Assembly (NCBI GenBank): GCA_039801225.1
Contig: JBDRUH010000036.1
Span: 1 to 15,488 of the forward strand
Reading direction: 5' to 3'
Source: a candidate division WOR-3 bacterium
GTDB lineage: Bacteria > Hydrothermota > Tepidihabitantia > Tepidihabitantales > Tepidihabitantaceae
Length of the DNA: 15,488 nt
Part shown: piece by piece, positions 7,930 to 15,488 of the stretch
Numbering within the stretch: the first letter of the stretch is position 1
Layout: each line of letters begins with the position of its first letter
Program-made: the position numbers and the translations under genes
The notes under the pieces: model-generated
Databases searched by the model: none
What the model was told of the DNA's origin: nothing
What the model saw: the letters and a program-made list of their open reading frames with translations, nothing else

Positions 7930-10900
7930 ATGGGGGAGGGGTATTTTTTACTTTTTTTCCTTACAGTGGCCATTATACCAGGGGAGCGATTCCAGACATT
8001 TATCCTCACCGACGGTATAAGCACCGAATATCCTCTTTCTCAAACATATAAAAAGGAAGGAATTTTTCCTGTTCTTATTTTAGGAACTGACTCAGTTTTT
8101 GTTGAAGAGAAGCCATTAAACAGAGCGGATTTCTTTTTAGACTTAAGTGGTGACCGGTTAGTGCTTTTAAAGCGATTGCCAAGGTGGTCGGTAGTTAGAG
8201 TTGTTTTTAATTATATCGGCTGCCCGGGGATGAAACAGGAGGGACAAAGGTTAGCCGTTAAGTTAGGTTCATTGAAAGAGGACGAAACATTAACAATTGT
8301 GCAGCGGATTGATACGGCAAAGTTACCAGCGGCTGATGAATGGGGCATTTCCGGTAGTAAGTCATTAGGTTTCTCTCTCGGTAGCGATGAAGGGATAGGG
8401 ATTGAGCAGGCAACGAGGGTTGTTCTTTCCGGGAAGGTTGAGGATGTGGTGGTTGAGGCAGAACTTTCTGATCAGAGTGCGCCGATTCCTCCAGAAGGGA
8501 CGACATTAGAACTGGAGGAGTTAGACCGGATCATAATCAATATGCGCGGAAAGGGATGGGCAGGCTCTTTTGGCGATGTGGAAGTAGGGACAGCGGCGGG
8601 CAGTTTTGGCACTTTAAAGAGAAGGGCGACAGGCGGTGTGGTAAAAGGTGAAAGAGGTATTTTTTCTCTATCAGCAGGTTATGCCCGACCAAGGGGGAAG
8701 TTTGCCCGAGCGAGTTTTTTAGGAACTGATGGCGTTCAAGGACCTTACCCGTTGGCACCTGATGGTAGGTCGGCGCAACTGGTTCCGGGAAGTGAGGTGG
8801 TTTACCTTGATGGTAATAGGCTTGTTCGGGGCTGGGATGCAGACTATACAATTGACTATTCCACCGGAGAACTGATTTTCACCAATCGGCATATAATTGG
8901 TAGTCGTTCCAGGATTGAAGCGGAGTTTCAGTATCTTACCGAGGCTTATGAACGAAGCCAGATGGTTTTTGGTCTGGGAGTGCAACCGGGACCTTTTCAA
9001 TTTGAGTGCAGTTTCTTTCAAGAGGGAGACAACCCGGAAAAGTTTTTAGAGGAGTTGACTACTGAAGAAAAACAGACGCTCGGAGCGATTGGTGATGATA
9101 GTAGTCGTGCTTGGTTGCCGGGGGCGAAGTATGTGGGTTTGGGACAGGGCGATTATGTTCGGGAAGGTGAATATTACCGATTCGTTGGTACTGGAAAAGG
9201 TGATTACCAGGTAAGTTTTACATTGAAGGGCGATTCACTCGGTTCTTATGTTTATGATGACACGTTGGGTGGTTTTCGGTATGTTGGAGTTAATGCCGGT
9301 AACTATATTGATAGTGTCAAAGTTCCTTTGCCCCAAAGGGGTGAAATTATTTATGGTAAGACTGGCTTTGAATTGGCACGGTTTACCACTACCTTAGAAG
9401 GTGCATTTCAGCGTCGGAGTTTAAACCTATTTGCTCAAAATCAGGCAAGAAGGGATGCCGGGGCGCTGGATTTTACTTTGGGCTGGAAAGACTCTTTAGT
9501 GGCGATTAACTATCGGCATCGCAGTTGTGGTAAAGATTTTCTTCTACCAGCGGAAGTTAAAGATGTGGATTTTGCCTATCGTTGGGGTGGGGCAGAAGAA
9601 ATGGACCGGCAAGCAACCGATGAGTTTTTTACCCGGTTAACACCTTGGCAATGGCTGGAGTTGCGTGGAGAGTTAGGGAGACTGGTAAAGTTTAATAACA
9701 ATATTGTTAATCGCTTTGGCGGTGGCTGTCGGTTGGGTTGGTTTTGGGGAGAGTTTTTCCGCGTCAACGAGAGTAATAGAGTAAAAGCGACACTTTCACC
9801 CCGGGTTCTATGGGTTTCACCGAAAGTTGGTTGGGAAATGGAATTGGAAACACAAAAACGAGTTCGTGCCTGGGATATCGGCGGCGATGTCAAACCAATG
9901 GAAAGTTTTAACGGCGGTGCCGAATTCCGTGTGACCGAATATGCCCAACCAGATTCAGAGAGGTGGCAATTGATTAATCAAAGTCAGGTTTTGCAGGTAA
10001 ACTGGAATTGGCTGACTAAGGAGTTGGTAAGAGTTGAAGGCTTGGGTGGGATTCAAAGAATGGACTTTATTACCGTCAATGAGAATAACTGGCGGCAATT
10101 TTTTGGCACACTTATTGCCAGGTGGACTCCAAAGCGGGGTTTAGTATTTTCCACTGCGGCCAATCAATCCTATCGTCAGGTTCAACTGCGTGAGGAGCAA
10201 TTTCGTTATGTTGGAAAGGGAAATGGTTCCTACCGCCGTGATTCAATAACCGGTGGGTATATTTTAGACCCCAAGGGTGACTATGAACGGGTAGTGGTCT
10301 TTTTGGGCAAGTTTACCGCTGCGAAAGAGTTTTCTTATAACGGTGTTGTGGAAATATCAAGTTTTGAGCCGATGGGTTTTTCCGGTTCCTTCAGTTATGA
10401 GCGGATAGGTTCAGATACCGCACTTTTAAGCGAGGCAGGTAGGTTTGATTTAAGAGTTGATGTTTTTGCGTTGGAATCTTTTGTGAGTCCAGTAATTGGA
10501 TTTGCCGGCGACTTGAGTGTTGACCGCACTTCGCCAATGACCGGTAAGAGGACAACTCGGCACCAAGAATTTATTGAACTATTAACCACGAGAATATTAG
10601 ATATTGAGATACGCAATCGCTTGGAATACAACGCCTTTTTCCGTTGGTTAAGTCTTGATGAGATTGATTATGAAGAAAGGGGTTTTCGTTTCTCAGTTAC
10701 TCCAGTTATTGGCACAAGGTGGCGATTGGAGCCGGGTTTTTCTATAGAGCCCAAGGTTATTTCCCAGCCGGTTTCCTATCCAGAATTGGGTCGGTTCCGG
10801 TTGGTGACGCTGGAATCTTGGCTGGCAAATACCAGGGTATTGGGCGAAAAGACCAAATTGAGGGCTCAGGTGGGATTAAAATACCGGTGGGCATCAGTTC

Positions 10901-11079
10901 CTTATCTTCCTTGGGAGGTGGGCTTAAGTCAGCCGTTAGGTTGGACGCCCCAAGCCTCCTTTACATTTGAGCATCTCTTCAATGAAATTTTTCAGGCAAG
11001 CGTTCAATATACCTTTGAAGACCGCCCCGACCGGTCCACTGAGCACCGGTTTTCCTTTCAACTTCGGGCATGCTTCTAA
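7930..11079 (+). CDS. Large outer-membrane protein of an FCB-type conserved hypothetical family, with a SprA-like motif
   Basis: 1049-aa ORF. Motifs LSDQSAPIPPEGTT..L.ELDR, G.DGVQGPY and GSEVVYLDG..L.RG.D.DYTIDYSTGELIF. Amphipathic beta-strands in the C-terminal half; terminal Phe (FSFQLRACF). Confidence 0.75.
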   Translation: MGEGYFLLFFLTVAIIPGERFQTFILTDGISTEYPLSQTYKKEGIFPVLILGTDSVFVEEKPLNRADFFLDLSGDRLVLLKRLPRWSVVRVVFNYIGCPGMKQEGQRLAVKLGSLKEDETLTIVQRIDTAKLPAADEWGISGSKSLGFSLGSDEGIGIEQATRVVLSGKVEDVVVEAELSDQSAPIPPEGTTLELEELDRIIINMRGKGWAGSFGDVEVGTAAGSFGTLKRRATGGVVKGERGIFSLSAGYARPRGKFARASFLGTDGVQGPYPLAPDGRSAQLVPGSEVVYLDGNRLVRGWDADYTIDYSTGELIFTNRHIIGSRSRIEAEFQYLTEAYERSQMVFGLGVQPGPFQFECSFFQEGDNPEKFLEELTTEEKQTLGAIGDDSSRAWLPGAKYVGLGQGDYVREGEYYRFVGTGKGDYQVSFTLKGDSLGSYVYDDTLGGFRYVGVNAGNYIDSVKVPLPQRGEIIYGKTGFELARFTTTLEGAFQRRSLNLFAQNQARRDAGALDFTLGWKDSLVAINYRHRSCGKDFLLPAEVKDVDFAYRWGGAEEMDRQATDEFFTRLTPWQWLELRGELGRLVKFNNNIVNRFGGGCRLGWFWGEFFRVNESNRVKATLSPRVLWVSPKVGWEMELETQKRVRAWDIGGDVKPMESFNGGAEFRVTEYAQPDSERWQLINQSQVLQVNWNWLTKELVRVEGLGGIQRMDFITVNENNWRQFFGTLIARWTPKRGLVFSTAANQSYRQVQLREEQFRYVGKGNGSYRRDSITGGYILDPKGDYERVVVFLGKFTAAKEFSYNGVVEISSFEPMGFSGSFSYERIGSDTALLSEAGRFDLRVDVFALESFVSPVIGFAGDLSVDRTSPMTGKRTTRHQEFIELLTTRILDIEIRNRLEYNAFFRWLSLDEIDYEERGFRFSVTPVIGTRWRLEPGFSIEPKVISQPVSYPELGRFRLVTLESWLANTRVLGEKTKLRAQVGLKYRWASVPYLPWEVGLSQPLGWTPQASFTFEHLFNEIFQASVQYTFEDRPDRSTEHRFSFQLRACF

Positions 11080-11088
11080 ATTTTCTTC

Positions 11089-11118
11089 TTGACAGAGGGT
11101 AGGCAGTTGTGGTAATGT
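11089..11118 (+). promoter_or_regulatory. sigma70-like promoter
   Basis: TTGACA (11089-11094), N18, TAATGT (11113-11118) with a TGn extension. Confidence 0.45.
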
Positions 11119-11191
11119 TTTAGGTGAACTTTAATGGGTTTATGAATGGATTAATCAGAAAATACCTTCAAGAGAACCTAAGGAGGTAAAT

Positions 11192-11788
11192 ATGATGAAG
11201 ATTCAAGGTCCGCCCCGGATGGCTACTTCTAAGAAAGCGGGTAAAAAAGGCGGAATTGCTCAGTTTGCTATTCCAGTTTTGGCATTAGTAGTTGTAGTTG
11301 TGATAATAGTAATTATGGCATCGGGTGGCAAGAAGAAACCAAGGAGTGTGAGAAGAGAAGGTGGTACTCTTACCCAACTGGCGCAAGGGAGAGAGAGGGT
11401 AACCAGAGAAAGGACAGGCTCAGCGCGGGTGCGCGCTCGGGAGAGCCGGGAGGAGAGAAAGAGTGAGCGTCGCGAGGAGCGGCGGCGACTTCGGGAGGAA
11501 AGGAAGGCAAAAAGAAGGGAACGGTCGCGGCGAAAAGGAGAAACTGGCGAGCGGACTACCATCCGGAGTAGCCGAGGTGGATACACCACCAAACAGAGCG
11601 GAGTGCCGGTCCTCAAAGCAATTATCTCCGAGCCAACCGGAGAACGAATGGCGATTGTTGGTGAACGACGGGTAAAAAAGGGTGACCAGATTGAGGGGCG
11701 CCGGATTATTGATGTGGAGCAAGACCGGGTAAAGGTGGAGTATCTTACCAAAAGTTATGAGGTAAAAATAAATCAGCCACTGTATTAA
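11192..11788 (+). CDS. Single-pass membrane protein with Arg/Glu-rich linker and C-terminal GspB/PilP/GspC-HR-like domain
   Basis: AAGGAGGT RBS. TM segment FAIPVLALVVVVVIIVIM, an R/E-rich helix, then LKAII...AIVGERRVKKGDQIEGRRIIDVEQDRVKV. Confidence 0.7.
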   Translation: MMKIQGPPRMATSKKAGKKGGIAQFAIPVLALVVVVVIIVIMASGGKKKPRSVRREGGTLTQLAQGRERVTRERTGSARVRARESREERKSERREERRRLREERKAKRRERSRRKGETGERTTIRSSRGGYTTKQSGVPVLKAIISEPTGERMAIVGERRVKKGDQIEGRRIIDVEQDRVKVEYLTKSYEVKINQPLY

Positions 11789-11813
11789 ATAGTTGCGACA
11801 TAGGGCACGGGAT

Positions 11814-12251
11814 TTAATCTAACGGCACTTCAGCCACATAGGCACACAAAAGTTTGAGGTGGGGTAAGGAGTAAACCAGAGAAACCCGCCAACCAGCAAT
11901 CATTTCGGGTTGATAATTTCGGGCAAAATAGGTAAGGATTAATCGCTGATGGATAGAATCTTTCCCAAGATATTGAAACTTAAACTCCAATGGTGCCTTA
12001 ACCCCAATATTTTCTCGGACCAATTTACGCAATATCGGTTCGTTACTTTCAATGTCTTTTCTTAAATTCGTTGCTTTCTCCATAATTGGGTGATTTGAGG
12101 GCAAAGGACTGATATAGTAAGGGTAAAAACCCACTTCTACCGGCGGAGAATTGGAAGAGAAAAACCGGTTTATTTGTGAACGGTGGGGACAACAGGCAAG
12201 GATTAAAAAAAGTAAGAGAAAGAAATATTTCCGAACCGGTTTTACTGCCAT
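11814..12251 (-). CDS. Hypothetical lipoprotein
   Basis: ATG 12251 gives MAVKPVRKYFFLLLFLILAC (basic N-region, hydrophobic core, lipobox ILAC) and removes the overlap with the upstream gene. Confidence 0.7.
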   Translation of the reverse strand: MAVKPVRKYFFLLLFLILACCPHRSQINRFFSSNSPPVEVGFYPYYISPLPSNHPIMEKATNLRKDIESNEPILRKLVRENIGVKAPLEFKFQYLGKDSIHQRLILTYFARNYQPEMIAGWRVSLVYSLPHLKLLCAYVAEVPLD

Positions 12252-12285
12252 CACGACGAAAATTGTGGCTCTTTCTACTTCTGGA

Positions 12286-15165
12286 TTATTTACCACTCCG
12301 CACCAGTTTTTTTCTGATGCGGTCGGTTTTACCTTTATGCTCATATTCCAAGAGATAGTGATAGGTCCCGGGGGCTACCGGTCTTCCCCGGTTGTTTCTG
12401 CCATCCCAGGGGATGAAATGAATACCAGCGGAGTGAAATTCCTTCTCTGTCACCCGGCAGAGCAGTTCACCAACCCGATTGTAAACTGTGAGGGTAATTC
12501 TGCCATCCTCAGGCAGCCCGATGACGAATGTGGTTTTGTCCTCAAACGGGTTGGGAAAGTTGTGAATTGAAAGTTTGGGTACAAGTTTGATTTTTAGTAT
12601 AGCGCTGTCTTTGACAAGGCTATCCCGGGAGAGAAAGCCGCGGAGATTAAATGTTATAGTGGTTAACGCTCCGGTGTCACCAATTAGGCTTTGAGGTGCC
12701 TCAACCTGCAGGGTGAAATAATAGCGCCGGTAGGGTGAAACATAACCAAGGTCAGGTATGCCATTACCATTGTTGTCAGAAAGGACTTTTCCACCGGCGG
12801 AGTCAAAAAGGACACCAGACCAGTTTGTCGGAACCTGGGGCGGGTGAATCTCAACAAAGCCACCACTATCACTTTTTAATTCGGCATAGAAACTGTATGA
12901 CTTTCTCTCTCCTATTTCCAGGCGGTCCTCTTGGTCCCATTCAATCAAAAGGGTATCCTGATGCTGAGTGCCACCAACGGTAATAGTTCGGGTGAGTTTG
13001 TCATTTTCCGGATGGGCATCAATCACCAGCATCGTTGAACAACTGACAGTATAAACGCCAGGTGTTGCTATCCAGGAAGGAAATGAGACCTGAACCGCCG
13101 AATTGGGCTCAACACTTGAGTTTACCGTGACAATCCGGTCGTAAACTGTGCCGATTCGGAACCGGACATTAAAGTAACGCTCGGTTGAGGTGCCAAAGTT
13201 ACGCACGCTTGCCCGAGGGATAACAGTATCACCGGTGCGAATGGTTCCTACCGGGGCAAGAATCTCAATTGTGCCAACATCGTGCAATACCTCACCCTGA
13301 ACGGCAACAGAGGTTTTTGCGGTGTCATTTGAGTGGTTCTCATCATTAGAAAGACTGGTGAAACAGACAACCGGTAGAGTGCCAACAGGGTGAGCGGTCC
13401 AAGAAGAAAACTTAACCGTAGCTATTTTTCCCGGGTCAAGGCTGAGGCTCTCAGTTTCAGAATAATCTGAGCCGATGAGCATTGTTACTGGGAACTGTGC
13501 CGGCTGAGTGCCATAATTGCGAACAATCGCTTCAGGCACAATTACTACGCCGGAGTCAACTGTGCCAGTAGGTGTAACAACTCTCTGCACGCCAACATCT
13601 AACGCGGCTGATGGACCGTAGTCTATCCTTACTTCATAAAGCATCGGCAGGCAAGCCGGGGTGATGTAACTGAAGATGGCGCGGTATTGGATATAGCGGG
13701 ATGAAAGGGACTCAGGAATAAAACTGCCATTCTCTACAGCGAGCCATTCACTCCAGAAAGAGTCTGGCTCAGGGGTGTTACCGGTCCTGATTGCCATAGT
13801 GATTGAAGAGCCACCTGGAGCGGTATCTTCCCAGGAGATTCTCTGCCAGGTGGTATTCTCGCCCGCATCAAATACCGAGGAGATGTATTCTTCTTTATAA
13901 GAACGATCGTAAACGTTTCCAATATCCCGTTGGGGTCCATGATGGGCTTCTATACATGGAAGTGTATCGCAGCTATTCCAATTTGGTCCCCATAGAACGA
14001 GACTGGACATACTTGTTACCTCTAAGAATACATCAATATAGCCGTCCTGATTAAAATCAGCTACCATTCCACCATGGGAATTTACTGGATAAGGTCCAAT
14101 TTCTTGCGTATTTAAGTCACTGAAGTAAGGTGCTGTTCCACTATTATAATAGATTATCGGAAGTTGAGGCGAACCACCTAAGTGTCCATTCCCACGATAA
14201 TAGATGAGGTCTAGGTCACCATCAGAATCAAAGTCATACGCTGAGGTTCCGCCCACGGAATTTCCAGGATTGACAATTGTGCGGTTTTGGGGGGTGAATC
14301 CGGTTGGCGACCCGAAGTAGATATACGAGCTTGTGATACCATTAAAACCGCTTAAGACGATATCCAGCCAACCGTCATTATTGAAATCAGCGAGGGTATG
14401 TCCATGACCACACCAGTCATGCCAGCCGAGATAATCAAGCCATTCGATCCGGTAAGTGCGATTTGGACCAAAATAGACTATTGGTTGTTGAGTTGTGTCG
14501 GATGCACAACACGCGGTCATATCCAGATAACCGTCACGATTGATATCGGCGATAACGGTCCGATGACCAAGAGCTCGACCGATGTAGATTTCTGTAGAGT
14601 GAGTTGGTGAATATTCCTGCTCACTACCCCAATATATTGTTACTATGGGTGGGGCCTCACCAGGAAATATCAGGTCAAGCCAGCCATCATGGTCAAGGTC
14701 GGCGATTGTTATTGCTTCTGCAGTGTGGGTAGGAAAGAGGGAAGTGTCAGATTTAGAGGGACCTGAATCTGACCCCCAGTAAATGACTCCGAGAGAAGTA
14801 TGCCAGGCGGCGTGAACTACTTCAGCTTTGCTATCAAGATTTAGGTCAGCAATATCATACTCACCGCCTGAGGCGGCTGGAAGTCTCCGACAGCGAGTGA
14901 CTGAAAAGCCTGTTGAGTCACCGAAGTAGACGGTGAAGTTTGGTCCATCCATATCCGGACAGGCAATATCAATCCACCCATCGTTGTTCAAATCAAAACG
15001 GTTAGCAAATTCTATTGTGCCTCCATCACGAAATGAAACATAAATGTGGCTCTCAAAAGTTCCATCGCTAAAGTCTCGGTGAGTCGTCTCGGTCCAGGTT
15101 AGGGCTAGGGTAGAGAGTGGTAAGGTCAGTGCGGTTAAGGCAATAATTAATAGCCTAATGACCAT
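12286..15165 (-). CDS. Secreted surface protein: FG-GAP/VCBS 7-repeat propeller, two CARDB-like Ig domains, C-terminal FlgD-Ig/T9SS-type sorting domain
   Basis: Signal peptide. Seven DxNxDGxxD-type motifs (DLNNDGWID, DLNLDSKAE, DLDHDGWLD, DINRDGYLD, DFNNDGWLD, DFDSDGDLD, DFNQDGYID). Two DVG...P.A.VRN.G repeats (~13602-13295 and ~13284-12970). CTD NFPNPF..T....LP..G...L.VYN..G...WDGRN..G..VAPG.Y.Y...KKLV. Confidence 0.85.
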   Translation of the reverse strand: MVIRLLIIALTALTLPLSTLALTWTETTHRDFSDGTFESHIYVSFRDGGTIEFANRFDLNNDGWIDIACPDMDGPNFTVYFGDSTGFSVTRCRRLPAASGGEYDIADLNLDSKAEVVHAAWHTSLGVIYWGSDSGPSKSDTSLFPTHTAEAITIADLDHDGWLDLIFPGEAPPIVTIYWGSEQEYSPTHSTEIYIGRALGHRTVIADINRDGYLDMTACCASDTTQQPIVYFGPNRTYRIEWLDYLGWHDWCGHGHTLADFNNDGWLDIVLSGFNGITSSYIYFGSPTGFTPQNRTIVNPGNSVGGTSAYDFDSDGDLDLIYYRGNGHLGGSPQLPIIYYNSGTAPYFSDLNTQEIGPYPVNSHGGMVADFNQDGYIDVFLEVTSMSSLVLWGPNWNSCDTLPCIEAHHGPQRDIGNVYDRSYKEEYISSVFDAGENTTWQRISWEDTAPGGSSITMAIRTGNTPEPDSFWSEWLAVENGSFIPESLSSRYIQYRAIFSYITPACLPMLYEVRIDYGPSAALDVGVQRVVTPTGTVDSGVVIVPEAIVRNYGTQPAQFPVTMLIGSDYSETESLSLDPGKIATVKFSSWTAHPVGTLPVVCFTSLSNDENHSNDTAKTSVAVQGEVLHDVGTIEILAPVGTIRTGDTVIPRASVRNFGTSTERYFNVRFRIGTVYDRIVTVNSSVEPNSAVQVSFPSWIATPGVYTVSCSTMLVIDAHPENDKLTRTITVGGTQHQDTLLIEWDQEDRLEIGERKSYSFYAELKSDSGGFVEIHPPQVPTNWSGVLFDSAGGKVLSDNNGNGIPDLGYVSPYRRYYFTLQVEAPQSLIGDTGALTTITFNLRGFLSRDSLVKDSAILKIKLVPKLSIHNFPNPFEDKTTFVIGLPEDGRITLTVYNRVGELLCRVTEKEFHSAGIHFIPWDGRNNRGRPVAPGTYHYLLEYEHKGKTDRIRKKLVRSGK

Positions 15166-15170
15166 AACCA

Positions 15171-15200
15171 ATTATAGAACTTCCTGTTGTGTTGTGTCAA
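15171..15200 (-). promoter_or_regulatory. Consensus sigma70 promoter
   Basis: Minus strand TTGACA (15200-15195), N18, TATAAT (15176-15171). Confidence 0.75.
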
Positions 15201-15277
15201 GTATTTTTTAACATAGTGGTTGCTCAAAGTGCAAGGCTTTACAGGAGGAGGCTATTGTGTTAAGTTTTTTTTCTTTC

Positions 15278-15488
15278 ATGATGAAGCCGACAGTTGGTTT
15301 TGTCAGCGACTTGTCCTGGCATGAGGGCATTGGAAGGTATGGAGTGCAACTTCAGCGGCTATTGCAGGATGAGTTTGATGTAGAACTGGTTTACTTCAAC
15401 TATTCTAAGCGTCAGCTCGAACTAACTAAGGAGGGAGCGACGAAGGTGGTAGCTCGGACGAAGCATTTTCCGGTTGTAGATAACAAAT
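15278..15488 (+). CDS. Probable GT4-family glycosyltransferase, N-terminal part (partial; alternative start GTG 15257)
   Basis: Frame open to the window end: MMKPTVGFVSDLSWHEGIGRYGVQLQRLLQDEFDVELVYF..., a beta strand followed by the GIGRY..L helix typical of GT4 N-termini. Confidence 0.6.
   Translation, partial: MMKPTVGFVSDLSWHEGIGRYGVQLQRLLQDEFDVELVYFNYSKRQLELTKEGATKVVARTKHFPVVDNK

Noticed and set aside
11260..11751. Antisense ORFs of 163 and 100 aa, and the other nested ORFs in the track
   Set aside because: Shadows of well-supported genes on the opposite strand or in another frame; no RBS or recognisable motifs.
12252..12344. N-terminal extension of the lipoprotein ORF
   Set aside because: It overlaps the upstream gene and buries the signal peptide; ATG 12251 is more plausible.
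12970..13602. Diversity-generating retroelement TR/VR pair
   Set aside because: The two repeats are similar only at the protein level (old Ig-domain duplication); no near-identical DNA pair and no reverse transcriptase.

Overview
Bacterial chromosomal window from a diderm organism. The Ig-repeat/FlgD-type-CTD surface protein and the FCB-type large outer-membrane protein suggest an FCB-related lineage such as candidate phylum WOR-3; this is inference only. Left to right: the 3' end of an unknown CDS; a beta-barrel-like exported protein and fabH (minus); a ~660-bp non-coding interval; gap-pgk-tpiA; secG-rplU (no rpmA); a small double-HTH protein; tRNA-Val(CAC) (minus); a propeller-like putative lipoprotein; a 1049-aa outer-membrane protein; an R/E-rich GspB/PilP-like membrane protein; a small lipoprotein and a 959-aa FG-GAP/Ig-like/CTD surface protein (minus); and the start of a probable GT4 glycosyltransferase. 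The most unusual element is in the fabH-gap interval: an 18-bp perfect palindrome, an AT-rich leader-like segment with an IHF-like site, a C-rich anchor, then about 16 in-register degenerate 12-bp units (consensus AGRTYRYNTNNN) with no ORF spanning them. Also notable: five sigma70-like promoters with 16-bp spacers, and promoter positions implying leaderless transcripts, including a tRNA with little or no 5' leader. All calls were made by eye, without database searches.
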